Shown one piece after another: positions 28,209 through 37,423 of a stretch of DNA of 54,075 nucleotides. The stretch covers positions 1 through 54,075 of the IMG/VR virus record IMGVR_UViG_3300011114_000387. One strand, 5' to 3'. This stretch comes from a virus (taxonomy: Duplodnaviria; Caudoviricetes). The position numbers and the translations under genes were made by a program. A model generated the notes under the pieces. That model was not told where the DNA came from, made no database searches, and saw nothing but the letters and a program-made list of their open reading frames with translations. The stretch's first letter is position 1. Every line of letters begins with the position of its first letter.

Positions 28209-29096
28209 TTAGTAGCCGCGTTCTTTGAGCTCTCGCTCACGTTTCTTGGCTTCGTAGTTCCACAGTTCTGCCGGTGACATGTCGCCAATTGTTTTAGGCG
28301 GCGGTGTCTGGCCGGGTCGAGTTGTCGCGGCTGCAGCGAGACGTGCTCCGCGCTCTTGCCGAATATCCGATGCTGAACGCGTTCGAGAATCGCTGAACAT
28401 GTCCAGCATCTTGATTGCGTCTTTGCTTTGTGGGCTTTCTGCCAAGGCTTTGACATCAAAGGATTGCACGGCAAACCATGCGGCAAACTCCGGAGTATTT
28501 ACCGTTGTTTTCCAGTCTTCGTACTTACCTTCAATCCTAGCCTCTTCAATGTTGGCCATCATCTCTGCTTTGGTCTGACTCACTTGTTGCTGCACAAGCT
28601 GTGATACCTGTTCGGGTGTCAAGCCTGTTTGCTGTGTGCCGATCTTGGCAGCGACATACTCCTCCATCGCTCCTGCCCACTCGGGGAAATCCTGCTTAAG
28701 CTGATCCCACTTCTCTGGGTTTTTAGCGGCGCTGGCGATGGCCGTCTGCGATGGCGCGTCTTGTACTGCTACTTGACGGGCCTGCTGGGCTTCTCGTTGC
28801 ATCGCTGCCACGCGACCTTCGGTAGTCTTAACGTGGTGCAGCAATTGAGCATTTGCTTGGGCTAACTCATCGATCTGAGCCAATTTGGCTCGAAGCGTTG
28901 GCGATAGTCCAGCGTATGGGTCTTCCTCTTGTTCCGGTTGTCGCGCTTCAGGTTCTAACTGGAGTTCAGCTTGCGGCGTTTCCGGCGCAGTGGCTATAGG
29001 GTCAGCCGCGAGTGAGTCATCACCGGCAGTTAACTTTGAAGCCTCTTCGTTCCATAAGTTTTGTGCTTCTTCCGAAGTCAATTGGTTTTCTTCCAC
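28209..29096 (-). CDS. Scaffolding protein
   Basis: Acidic coiled-coil between portal and capsid; GTG start. Confidence 0.75.
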   Translation of the reverse strand: MEENQLTSEEAQNLWNEEASKLTAGDDSLAADPIATAPETPQAELQLEPEARQPEQEEDPYAGLSPTLRAKLAQIDELAQANAQLLHHVKTTEGRVAAMQREAQQARQVAVQDAPSQTAIASAAKNPEKWDQLKQDFPEWAGAMEEYVAAKIGTQQTGLTPEQVSQLVQQQVSQTKAEMMANIEEARIEGKYEDWKTTVNTPEFAAWFAVQSFDVKALAESPQSKDAIKMLDMFSDSRTRSASDIRQERGARLAAAATTRPGQTPPPKTIGDMSPAELWNYEAKKRERELKERGY

Positions 29097-29111
29097 TTTT
29101 GCTCTCCAAAC

Positions 29112-29133
29112 AAAAACCGCCTCTCAGCGGTTT
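29112..29133 (-). terminator. Intrinsic terminator-like hairpin before the scaffold gene
   Basis: AACCGC-TGAGAG-GCGGTT-TTTG. Confidence 0.6.
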
Positions 29134-29155
29134 ACTTACAAGGCCAAGCGGGAAT

Positions 29156-29356
29156 TTACTCCGGCTCGACCGCCACACCCCGAGTTGCCTCATTAGGCAA
29201 GTCGAGAAATCTTTTCAGTGCTCTGATCTCACCCCTCAACGCTGCCGTCTCTGTGTCGGAGAGCCCGACGGCATCGTTTTTCTTGCGCGCAAGATCAAGC
29301 TGAGCTTCTGCCCATTTGCGTAATCTGTGCCAAGTATCGGAGGAGTAATCAGTCAT
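29156..29356 (-). CDS. Small portal-adjacent protein
   Basis: 66 aa, TAALRGEIRALK. Confidence 0.75.
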   Translation of the reverse strand: MTDYSSDTWHRLRKWAEAQLDLARKKNDAVGLSDTETAALRGEIRALKRFLDLPNEATRGVAVEPE

Positions 29357-29360
29357 TTAC

Positions 29361-29446
29361 GAAAAAACCAGCGAGTAGCTGGCTTGGTAAATTTTGGGCG
29401 CACTTCGCCCAAAGAAATTGTAGATCAAAGCGTATGGTTTGTGCAA
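29361..29446 (-). promoter_or_regulatory. Late leader B: TTGCAC-18-TACAAT + GTGCGCCC hairpin + terminator
   Basis: -35 29441-46, -10 29417-22, motif 29396-403, GCCAGC-TACTC-GCTGGT-TTTTT at 29361-85. Confidence 0.6.
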
Positions 29447-29453
29447 CACTTTT

Positions 29454-31676
29454 TTAAATGCCTGATCCGACCCGTAATTTAAGGTCCTGCTCAGCGGAGA
29501 ACAGCTCTTTGCGGCTGCGTTCCTTGATCGCCGTATCAGCCAATTTGGCCTTAATGGTCTCAAGGCTGATGTTCTGGTTGTTGGACATCTTGAGCATTTC
29601 GATCTCGCGAGACATCTGCAGTTCGGCCATGCGCATCTCGGCTTCTTGCTGGGCCAATTGCTGGCGCAACTGAATCTCTGCGGCATCGGCTTCATTCTGT
29701 GCTTTGGCTTTGGCCATATCAGACTCAGCCCTGATCTGCGCAGCTTGGATGCGTGGGTCTGGCGCTTGCTGCTGGCCTTGGCCTGCCTGCTCTTTGATTT
29801 TTTCCAGCTCATCCTCAGACTTAAATATTTCTGCTGGGTCAATGTGCTGGGCTTGCAGCGCCTTCTCAAACAGCTTCTGCGCGTCGATGTACACGCCAAA
29901 CACTGGGTTGGTGGCCGCAGCCAACAAGTTCAGGAAGGCTTGGTTCTGTACGTCACGAACCAGCAAGGCTGATGAGCCGCGAGCGTCAATGTTGAAATCG
30001 CCCTTGATCTCTTCATCTTCGTTGTACAACATGTTGAAGTCGTAATAACGGCGAATGTGGGGGCGGGTGATCATGTCGTCATACTGTTTGACCAAACGGC
30101 GCAGGACCACGTTGGCTGAGTTCATCAGCATTTGCATGCCACCGACAGTGTCTGGCGCTGCACCCTGCTCGCCCTGCATGATGGCAGGCACCCCGGTCTC
30201 TTGGTCTGCCAGCTCCATCGCCATCTTGATGATGTTGGCCAACTCGGCTTGGTGCGAATCAAACTCGAACGTCGCAAAAGCTTTGCTCACGTCGTCCACG
30301 TCGTCCGTGGCGTACCAGATCTTGCGGGCTGATAGCTGCCACTGCTTGTCGGCTGGTTGAATCGTGTTGGGCTTGACAACAATCTGAGGACCGCTGGACA
30401 CACCAGCGTTGTCCATCATCTGGCGCCATGCGGCGTTCAGGACCTTTTGCTGCGCGCGCATAAGGTAGGGGATACCATAGCCCCAGACGCTGTCGGCTAC
30501 CTTCTCCCAAACGAAGAAGTCGTAGGGGAGGTCTCCGCCTTCCAGCGGATTAGGGAATGCCTTAACAACCGTGTTGTTGATCATGACCACACAGCCGCTG
30601 ACGCTGCGCAGCACATCCTTCTCGCCCATCTTGACGCCGGCTGATTCAAGGTCGTCGTGGTCAACTTCGCCCCAGTAGGTCCACATCTCAAACGTGGCAC
30701 GAGCCACATCGCGCTGGTCGTCGTCTCGCATCTCTTGGAACACGGCTGCACGCTTAGGCCCCTCTTCGAGCACCTTGCGCAACTGGTCCTTCATGAAGCC
30801 GGGTTGCTTGGCCAGCTCACGGACCTGACGGCCTGTAATCTGCTCACGCTCATAGATGCCTTTGCCATTATGGATCGACTCGCCGCAAGCTGGGTCAGGC
30901 CATACGTTACGCGGGTCAATGCGGAACGAAGCTGGGCTGGCCTCCTTGACAATCTCCAGCTGGTGCACTGTCTCGCCGTTGGCGTCAGTCAGTGGCTGCC
31001 AAGCCTTGCGAGTGCGGTTAGTGACAATCGGGCCCTTGATCACACCAGTGCCCAGCACTGCTGCGTCATGGATCAGTTTGCGCACCTCGCCGTTGTAGTC
31101 ACACTCGACAAGCTGGTCCTCGATTGTGGTCTGCATGGCCTTGGCTTTTTCCCGTGCAGTCTGCATGGCAGCGCGGGCAATATCCTTCATGCGTAAAGGC
31201 TCACCGGTCTCCGGGTTCATGAGCTGCTCGCCCGTGTACTTGTCACCGGCCATGCGTGTATCGCGCCCCATCTCAGCGACGTCGGGCTTAGGCGTTGGTT
31301 GAATGCCCCAGTTGCGATCGTCCGTTGGAAGCAAGATGTCCGCTATGCGGGCTTCGGCTGAGTTGGTCTTCTGACGTGTCAAGCCGATGAACACTGTTGA
31401 GCGGTGGGGCTTAGCGTTCTGTGTGGTCACAGGGTAGCCCTGCTCAACCGACGTCATCATTTGGCTGGCTGCCTTGTTGACGTTGTCTTTGGCATTGTAT
31501 TGATCCTCGTCCTCCAACCAGCGTTTGTCAACGCCGTAGCTGTAGCGCGAACGAATCCATTCGTCGCGTTGCTGACCAAGGCTGTGGCCAAAAGCCTGCA
31601 AGCGCTCAGTCTGCTTGGCTTGAAGGTCCTCTTCGGTCACGACCTCGACGTCGATTTGTTGTGGTTGAAAGTCCAT
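29454..31676 (-). CDS. Portal protein (podovirus type, with C-terminal barrel)
   Basis: 740 aa, DAAVLGTGVIKGP, WGYGIP, Q-rich coiled C-terminus. Confidence 0.9.
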   Translation of the reverse strand: MDFQPQQIDVEVVTEEDLQAKQTERLQAFGHSLGQQRDEWIRSRYSYGVDKRWLEDEDQYNAKDNVNKAASQMMTSVEQGYPVTTQNAKPHRSTVFIGLTRQKTNSAEARIADILLPTDDRNWGIQPTPKPDVAEMGRDTRMAGDKYTGEQLMNPETGEPLRMKDIARAAMQTAREKAKAMQTTIEDQLVECDYNGEVRKLIHDAAVLGTGVIKGPIVTNRTRKAWQPLTDANGETVHQLEIVKEASPASFRIDPRNVWPDPACGESIHNGKGIYEREQITGRQVRELAKQPGFMKDQLRKVLEEGPKRAAVFQEMRDDDQRDVARATFEMWTYWGEVDHDDLESAGVKMGEKDVLRSVSGCVVMINNTVVKAFPNPLEGGDLPYDFFVWEKVADSVWGYGIPYLMRAQQKVLNAAWRQMMDNAGVSSGPQIVVKPNTIQPADKQWQLSARKIWYATDDVDDVSKAFATFEFDSHQAELANIIKMAMELADQETGVPAIMQGEQGAAPDTVGGMQMLMNSANVVLRRLVKQYDDMITRPHIRRYYDFNMLYNEDEEIKGDFNIDARGSSALLVRDVQNQAFLNLLAAATNPVFGVYIDAQKLFEKALQAQHIDPAEIFKSEDELEKIKEQAGQGQQQAPDPRIQAAQIRAESDMAKAKAQNEADAAEIQLRQQLAQQEAEMRMAELQMSREIEMLKMSNNQNISLETIKAKLADTAIKERSRKELFSAEQDLKLRVGSGI

Positions 31677-31693
31677 GGATTCTGATCCTCAGC

Positions 31694-32059
31694 TTAGTAA
31701 GGTGCTTTGGCGTAGCGTGCGTGGATGGCCATGACGCCTTTGATTACAACGCTTGTGCCGCTGGTGACTGCGGGACGAACCCACGCTGGGTTCTCGTTGG
31801 CTGTGTGAACTGCGGCCGCTGTAAAGGCCATGTCAGTTCCAACAGACCGGCGGGTCAAAGGGTGCCAGTTGGTATTGTCATTAGACCCTTGCCACGTAAT
31901 CGTGCCGCCGCCAAAGGTGCCGGTCGCTTGACCAGTTAGGTCGGCCGCATAGGCAATGGGCACGCCCGCGCCGACGTCGCCGGTAGCCATGGCATCCCAC
32001 GTAGCCAGTACGGCGCCGGGGACTGAGTCGCGATCGATTGTTGGTGTGATAGTAGCCAT
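31694..32059 (-). CDS. Hypothetical beta-rich protein
   Basis: GTFGGGTITWQGSND..NW. Confidence 0.75.
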   Translation of the reverse strand: MATITPTIDRDSVPGAVLATWDAMATGDVGAGVPIAYAADLTGQATGTFGGGTITWQGSNDNTNWHPLTRRSVGTDMAFTAAAVHTANENPAWVRPAVTSGTSVVIKGVMAIHARYAKAPY

Positions 32060-32083
32060 GAAAGTTTCCTCTGTTAAGGTTAA

Positions 32084-33553
32084 TCAATATCCAGTTGTCT
32101 CGTCAAAGACGCTGAAGGATAAGACTGGCGCCATGCGCCCCGGTCTCAATCTTGTCTCAGCTTCTTCCTGCGTCTTGGCAAAGCGGCGCATCATCATGCC
32201 GTACCTCGTTGCACTCATCAAGTCGTCGCTGATTTTAACGACCATACCGTCCTTGCGGTGGTACAGCCTGAATTCTTCGAACCAGTCTTCCAAATGCGAG
32301 AACACGCGCAGGCGCATTGTTTGCATGCGGGTCAGCATCTCGGACAAGCCGGCCTCGACACCGTTGCTGCCATCCTCGAACGTAGCCCGATTGGCAAGCA
32401 TATTTAGACCTTGGTCTTTGTACTGCTTGGCCAACTGCTCACCGCTGCCGCCCTTGTCGCGCTGCAAGCCGTCATGCGGCCATGCCAGAGGAACCCATTC
32501 GCCTCGTGCACGCACAGCCATGGCGTGGCCAGCAATGCCGGGCTCGCTGCGTCTGTAGCAGTCAGTCACATAAAGCGTATCGCTGTCCTTGTCCCAAGCC
32601 ATCCACACGACGGCTGTCGGGTGGTCAACCCCGAAGTCAATAGCGGCAATGCGCGCCCAGTGCGGCGGGATCGGGAAGGCCCTGATCTTGATCGCTTCCT
32701 CGACCACGGGAAACACGCGACCCGATCCTAAGATCGGTATGCCTTTGGCCCGAGCCTCGCGCTCGTGCTCAGGGTAGCTGGCGATGATCGCTGCAGCCTG
32801 CTCGGGCGTGTAGTGCTCGGCGTCGCTGATCGTCATGTTGATGACCGTTGATGACGCCGGCTTTTCCAGCAGGAATCGTTTGACTACTTCGGACATGCCA
32901 AGCAAAGGCGTGAAGGTCACAAAGACCTGACCGGCCGTTGCCTGCGTACGGGTCAAGCCCTCAGAATAAATTGACAGCGGTGGCTCTTCGTCAAACCAGA
33001 CTAGGTCCACTGTGTCGGCCTGCCACTTGGTGCGGCCTTGGTCGTAGCTGTTGAACTGGATTACGCTGTCTTCGCCGCATTCGTGGCGGACCACAATGCT
33101 TGAGACCGCATCGGGCACGCCCTGCTTCATGCTGGTATCGCGCACGCAGTCAAACGGAATGGCGCCAGTGCCCCACTCTTCCCGCATCTCTGGCGGACCA
33201 AGCAGCAAGCGCTGGATACCCTTGCGGGTCAACTCGGCCGATTCAGATCCAACCATGCAGCGAATAGCGTAGTTGTATCGCTTACCTTTCCACCATGATG
33301 GGTAGCGGCCTGTCGTGTGCATCGCGACCTCGAAGGCCCCGGCCCACGTTTTGCCAAGCTGGTTGCCTGCCATGAACAAGCGCTCTCGAAAGTCAGCGCC
33401 AGCGTTGTGAAAGTCGATCTGCTTCTTGTAGGCCGCATAGCTCAACAAGCGATTGCGCTTGGCCCTGATGTCTTTCAGGCGCAGCAGCTCGTACAGCTCG
33501 CGCTTCTCGTCGTCGTCTAACAGCGCTGTGTCTATGCGATCGAGCTTGATCAT
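32084..33553 (-). CDS. terL: Terminase large subunit
   Basis: AGNQLGKT Walker A, WFDEEP, TFTP, AIDFG..HP, DDLMSATRY. Confidence 0.95.
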   Translation of the reverse strand: MIKLDRIDTALLDDDEKRELYELLRLKDIRAKRNRLLSYAAYKKQIDFHNAGADFRERLFMAGNQLGKTWAGAFEVAMHTTGRYPSWWKGKRYNYAIRCMVGSESAELTRKGIQRLLLGPPEMREEWGTGAIPFDCVRDTSMKQGVPDAVSSIVVRHECGEDSVIQFNSYDQGRTKWQADTVDLVWFDEEPPLSIYSEGLTRTQATAGQVFVTFTPLLGMSEVVKRFLLEKPASSTVINMTISDAEHYTPEQAAAIIASYPEHEREARAKGIPILGSGRVFPVVEEAIKIRAFPIPPHWARIAAIDFGVDHPTAVVWMAWDKDSDTLYVTDCYRRSEPGIAGHAMAVRARGEWVPLAWPHDGLQRDKGGSGEQLAKQYKDQGLNMLANRATFEDGSNGVEAGLSEMLTRMQTMRLRVFSHLEDWFEEFRLYHRKDGMVVKISDDLMSATRYGMMMRRFAKTQEEAETRLRPGRMAPVLSFSVFDETTGY

Positions 33554-34014
33554 CTTGCAGCCTTGGCAAGCAACATGTTTAGCCGATTGTCCAGCTGCTC
33601 ACTGGTCAGGTCCAGCGTGCCGGACATCTTGACCTCAATGCTTTTGAGCTTTGGTTGCGTGTATTGCAGAAACTCATTGAGCGTTCGCATGCGCGTGTCA
33701 ACGTCAAGCAACGGGACCATGATGTTCTTGCCGTCAGAGTCAAGCACTGGCATGCCGCTGCGCATCATTGGGATTGTGGCCTTCAAGGCCTTGGCAATCT
33801 CCACCGCAGGATCGAGCCCTTCCTCGATGCAAGCCTCGGCAACAGCGCGAAGGTTGATTCGATGCGGCGCTCGGCTCGTGCTGGCACTCTTGCTCACTGG
33901 GTGAGCGCGACCAGTCTTGGCCGCTGTCGGAATCGCCAAATCATCCATGGTCGCCAGCTTAGGTGGCGCCCCGGCTAAGTCGGCGTTACGACTTGGGTTT
34001 CTTCTGCTTGCCAT
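33550..34014 (-). CDS. Terminase small subunit (putative)
   Basis: Overlaps terL start; QYTQPKLKSIE motif. Confidence 0.65.
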   Translation of the reverse strand: MASRRNPSRNADLAGAPPKLATMDDLAIPTAAKTGRAHPVSKSASTSRAPHRINLRAVAEACIEEGLDPAVEIAKALKATIPMMRSGMPVLDSDGKNIMVPLLDVDTRMRTLNEFLQYTQPKLKSIEVKMSGTLDLTSEQLDNRLNMLLAKAAR

Positions 34015-34324
34015 CGTTCATTGCCTTTCGCACCAGTCCTTCGTTTCTCGCGCTAATCGCCTTTGCCTTGGCCTTGGCGTCAGCTTTGCTGCTGGCACCC
34101 CAAGCTTTGAGGCTGAGCAGCAAACGCGTTGGCTCCCCGTTCTTACGTTCAGGGCCGGGCATATTGCCCATGCGCGCCAAAAAGGAAGCACGGCGAGGAT
34201 TGTCGCCGGACTTGACTGGAGCTTTGAGGTTCATCCCCTCAGCCTTTGCGCTGGCACGGCCCTTTTCGTTCAAGCCACCTGACGGTGACTTGCCCTCTTT
34301 GCGTTGCCAAGCGGGGCTCTTCAC
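33986..34324 (-). CDS. Basic conserved phage protein (DUF6321-like)
   Basis: AWQRKEGK.PSGGLN.KGRAS...RRASFLARM. Confidence 0.75.
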   Translation of the reverse strand: MKSPAWQRKEGKSPSGGLNEKGRASAKAEGMNLKAPVKSGDNPRRASFLARMGNMPGPERKNGEPTRLLLSLKAWGASSKADAKAKAKAISARNEGLVRKAMNDGKQKKPKS

Positions 34325-34491
34325 TTCATCGCCCTTTTGATCAGGCCGGTCTTAGCCGTCTTGGCGGACTCTTTAAAGTCCGCTTTTGTCGGGGCGCCCT
34401 TATCGCCGGGCTGGCGCATGCGCTCACCCGAGCCAGAGGCTATGCGTGCCCTCTTGGCTTGGATGTTGGCGTACAAGCCGGGCTTGGCCAT
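34321..34491 (-). CDS. Small basic protein (56 aa, MAKPGLYANIQAKRARIASGSGERMR...)
   Basis: Hand translated; coupled to both neighbours. Confidence 0.8.
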   Translation of the reverse strand: MAKPGLYANIQAKRARIASGSGERMRQPGDKGAPTKADFKESAKTAKTGLIKRAMK

Positions 34492-34742
34492 TAGATCATT
34501 CCGTTGATGATGCCGTTGTTAAAACCAACAGGTGCCTTGGCCACGCCGCCTTTGTAGGCTGGCTGCGTAGCGTTCGTGCCGGGCATTGGTACAGACACCT
34601 TGCCGGGGATCTCGCCCTTGCCTTGAGTCTGATTGCCGCCGCCGCCGCCGATAGCTGCGCCGGGCATCTTGGCTGCATTGCCCGTCATGCCGCCGGCTGC
34701 GCGCATTTTGTTACGTGATTCTGGGTTTGAGTAGTCTTGCAT
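34491..34742 (-). CDS. Gly/Met-rich low-complexity protein (83 aa)
   Basis: AAGGAG SD before MQDYSNP. Confidence 0.7.
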   Translation of the reverse strand: MQDYSNPESRNKMRAAGGMTGNAAKMPGAAIGGGGGNQTQGKGEIPGKVSVPMPGTNATQPAYKGGVAKAPVGFNNGIINGMI

Positions 34743-34758
34743 GTGTAGCTCCTTGCGA

Positions 34759-35001
34759 TTAGGCCATAAGGCCCGGTTGGGGTTTGCGGCTGGCCGCCTC
34801 TTCATTCCACATCTGGCCGTAGTCTTCGGGTCCTTCTGTGGCTTGCTCTTCCGGACTCTCGCCGGCTTCTTCAGCCAGCATATTGTCCACGTACTGACGG
34901 CACTCATCAATGCTCTTGCACTGATAAGGCTCTTTGCCTTCGCTGCTTGTAACCATGATTGTGCCGTCGTCGGCCATTTCGATCGTAATTGTCTTGGCCA
35001 T
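34759..35001 (-). CDS. Acidic small protein, first late gene (80 aa)
   Basis: GGAG SD before MAKTITIE. Confidence 0.7.
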   Translation of the reverse strand: MAKTITIEMADDGTIMVTSSEGKEPYQCKSIDECRQYVDNMLAEEAGESPEEQATEGPEDYGQMWNEEAASRKPQPGLMA

Positions 35002-35018
35002 GAGGGCTCCAAATGTGC

Positions 35019-35118
35019 AAAAAGCCGTGCAAATTGACGGCTTTTCTTGGGGTTTGTTCGCCTTTAAGCGGGCGCACCTGCGCACGCAGAGAATAAACCA
35101 ACCAGATTTCGAGGTCAA
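35019..35118 (-). promoter_or_regulatory. Late leader C: TTGACC-17-TATTCT + GTGCGCCC hairpin + terminator
   Basis: -35 35113-18, -10 35090-95, motif 35070-77, AAGCCGT-CAATTTGC-ACGGCTT-TTT at 35019-46. Confidence 0.65.
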
Positions 35119-35204
35119 GTGGCAAAACCCAACTATTTTCAGTTGCATAAAAACAACGCTTTTAAATTATTTTAGTTGTATTTGCGCAACATTAAAGAAA
35201 GTAG

Positions 35205-35232
35205 TTGACAGTGCCTGTCACCGTGCTACATT
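35205..35232 (+). promoter_or_regulatory. Early promoter TTGACA-16-TACATT (extended TG) with AT-rich UP region and TGACAG-N3-CTGTCA palindrome
   Basis: Read directly; heads the plus-strand early arm. Confidence 0.7.
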
Positions 35233-35489
35233 TGAGTTGTTGGTTGATTGTTCTTTGTTCTTGCTTCCCCGCCCAGCCAACAAGGGGATACGTTCCAGAC
35301 GACCGAGAGATGTTCTGGTGAGACAGAGTCCAAGAGGGCAAGAGTCTTGAGGCGGTGAGCTAAACCGGTACGTAAAGGTCCTTAATCGGGCACGTAGGTA
35401 ATCCCCCGCCCACAACTAATGCCAAGCGTGCTTGGCATTGGCGGCGTATTCAGGCGGCCGTGACAGCTTGATATTTTTAGGAGTTTTAT

Positions 35490-35753
35490 ATGGCAAATAG
35501 ATTAACTCTCAAGCAGCTTTACCTTGGTCAATTGATTGTGCGCGGCCCACACGCTGACGCTCAGGTCTACACCGTGGCTGCAATTCGGGGCTTCAACATT
35601 TACGTTGTTTGGTTCGAAGGCAAGCGTATGAGTGGCCAGTGGACAGACTACGGTGACTGCTACAAGCCAACGCTCGCTCAGATTGAGTACAGCATTGCTG
35701 CTAACGGTCGTTTGGCTTCAGGCCAAGACATCAAGGACCTTGATTTGGTCTAA
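35490..35753 (+). CDS. Early hypothetical protein
   Basis: AGGAG SD. Confidence 0.8.
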   Translation: MANRLTLKQLYLGQLIVRGPHADAQVYTVAAIRGFNIYVVWFEGKRMSGQWTDYGDCYKPTLAQIEYSIAANGRLASGQDIKDLDLV

Positions 35754-35769
35754 CTTTTTGGAGATTGAT

Positions 35770-35964
35770 ATGCCAGTTGTTTTTCTGACCATCAAAATTG
35801 TTTACGGTGTTCCAAAGATCTACCCTGATCCAAACAACGCCACTGCGTTGCGGCTTGCCAAGTTGATTGGCGCTAAGACTTTCAACGCTCAGCAAGTTGC
35901 TGACATCAAGGCTCTTGGCTTTGAAATTCAATACAGCGACGCTTATGCCGCTGCTCAGGTTTAA
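35770..35964 (+). CDS. Early hypothetical protein
   Basis: GGAG SD; VYG..KIYP...A..LAKLIGAKTF. Confidence 0.8.
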   Translation: MPVVFLTIKIVYGVPKIYPDPNNATALRLAKLIGAKTFNAQQVADIKALGFEIQYSDAYAAAQV

Positions 35965-35976
35965 CAGGAGATCACC

Positions 35977-36156
35977 ATGGACATTACTACCGCAATCCAA
36001 ATCATCAACGACAGATGCGACATCTACGGCATGAGCTTGCTCGACACCGTGATCGTGATGAGAGAGCTGTTGGACAACGATGAGTTGGACAACAGAGAAG
36101 CTGCGGCTCTTCGCGTGTTTATGCGCGAAGGTCGTGCAATGTTTGCCCCCGTTTGA
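35977..36156 (+). CDS. Early hypothetical protein (59 aa)
   Basis: AGGAG SD; hand translated. Confidence 0.75.
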   Translation: MDITTAIQIINDRCDIYGMSLLDTVIVMRELLDNDELDNREAAALRVFMREGRAMFAPV

Positions 36157-36168
36157 TAGGAGATTGAT

Positions 36169-36378
36169 ATGAGATACCGCAACGAACCGATCGTTGTCCA
36201 GCTTGTCAAGTTGGACATGCCGCTGGTTGAGCTGGGTGGTAAACGCTTCGACACTTTGCGCGAAGACTTCTACGACAACGCGGTCAACCTGACCTGCAAT
36301 GCTCGTCGGTTTATCCCAGTCTTTTCACCGTACGACATCGCGCTCAGCGGTGGCGAACCTTATTCTGTTTGGAGTTAA
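36169..36378 (+). CDS. Early hypothetical protein
   Basis: AGGAG SD. Confidence 0.75.
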   Translation: MRYRNEPIVVQLVKLDMPLVELGGKRFDTLREDFYDNAVNLTCNARRFIPVFSPYDIALSGGEPYSVWS

Positions 36379-36380
36379 TT

Positions 36381-36476
36381 ATGGAAACTTTGCAATCGCG
36401 TTATCAAATCTATGTGGCTTGTGCCGAGTCGCTCGGCTTGCCAATCAAATCTTTTGAAGAGTGGCTCAACTCTTAA
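36381..36476 (+). CDS. Early micro-protein (31 aa, METLQSRYQIY...KSFEEWLNS)
   Basis: GGAG SD; hand translated. Confidence 0.7.
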   Translation: METLQSRYQIYVACAESLGLPIKSFEEWLNS

Positions 36477-36545
36477 TCCCAGCGTGCTGCACCGTGACAG
36501 GGTGTAGTGCAGTGTGATTAACACTCCGATCCAGCCGGATGCTGG
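36474..36545 (+). promoter_or_regulatory. Repeated intergenic RNA element copy 1 (long stem with GC/AG internal loop + CGGAT-loop hairpin)
   Basis: Same architecture at 37834 and 38878. Confidence 0.7.
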
Positions 36546-36564
36546 TGTGCCTTTGGAGATCATC

Positions 36565-36852
36565 ATGGCAAAAGCAATCATTCAGGCGATCACCGCCGAC
36601 GACATCGATACCTTGGGTATCTTGCTGGCTGACATCAGCCGCTTGACCAAGGAAGCTGACGCAATCAAATTGCGTTTGAAAGAAGGTGGTTTGGATAGCT
36701 ACGACGGCGAGGTGTTTAGCGCTGTTGTGGTTAAGCAGGACCGCACCAGCTACGACCCACGCAAGGTCGAAGAGCTGCTAGGTGACTTGGTCAGCCAAGT
36801 CGAAAGAGTCAGCAAAGTGACCAGTGTCAAAGTCACTGCTCGCAAAGCATAA
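36565..36852 (+). CDS. Early hypothetical protein
   Basis: GGAG SD; ID.LG.L.A.I..L...AD.IK. Confidence 0.8.
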   Translation: MAKAIIQAITADDIDTLGILLADISRLTKEADAIKLRLKEGGLDSYDGEVFSAVVVKQDRTSYDPRKVEELLGDLVSQVERVSKVTSVKVTARKA

Positions 36853-36854
36853 GG

Positions 36855-37058
36855 GTGGCAGTCATGGAATACAAAGTCGATGACTGCCCGGGCGACGACG
36901 ATCGCCTGCCCTGCTGGTTCGTTTACAAATCAATTGCTGGTTCAAATATTTCGCCCATCATTGAGAAGTTTTACGGACCCGACGCTGAGTTTGACGCCCG
37001 TCTTTACGCTGACTGGCTTAACAACGCACCCATAGAAGTAGGGTGCGAGTTTGATTGA
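36855..37058 (+). CDS. Early hypothetical protein
   Basis: ORF track, tight packing. Confidence 0.6.
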   Translation: MAVMEYKVDDCPGDDDRLPCWFVYKSIAGSNISPIIEKFYGPDAEFDARLYADWLNNAPIEVGCEFD

Positions 37059-37068
37059 GGAGTGCATC

Positions 37069-37239
37069 ATGAGAGTTGTTTTTAGGGCCCCTTCGGCCAC
37101 CGTGTTCTACGAATTCGAATACGAAGAATTCGTTGTGAAGTTTTATCGCGAAGGCGTCTACCTTGCAGAGGCTGACTACTTCACCACAGATCGCGCTGAA
37201 GCGATCGAAACCGCATTGTCTTTTACTGAGGAGGTTTGA
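37069..37239 (+). CDS. Early acidic hypothetical protein
   Basis: GAGGAG SD; ADYFTTD..EAI.TA. Confidence 0.7.
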   Translation: MRVVFRAPSATVFYEFEYEEFVVKFYREGVYLAEADYFTTDRAEAIETALSFTEEV

Positions 37240-37240
37240 A

Positions 37241-37423
37241 ATGACACGCGCTGAGTTTTATGAAACCTACGGTTCAATGAGCTTTCCGTATTATCCAAAA
37301 GAGCTTCGGGCTGTAAGCCCTGTGACTGGTGCTTTCGAGACTTTCAAAATCGAAAGTGGTTTGGCCATGACCTTCCGTCGCATTCTGGAAGAAGAAGGTT
37401 ACATAAGAGTGGAGGCGATATGA
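37241..37423 (+). CDS. Early hypothetical protein
   Basis: GAGGAGG SD. Confidence 0.7.
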   Translation: MTRAEFYETYGSMSFPYYPKELRAVSPVTGAFETFKIESGLAMTFRRILEEEGYIRVEAI

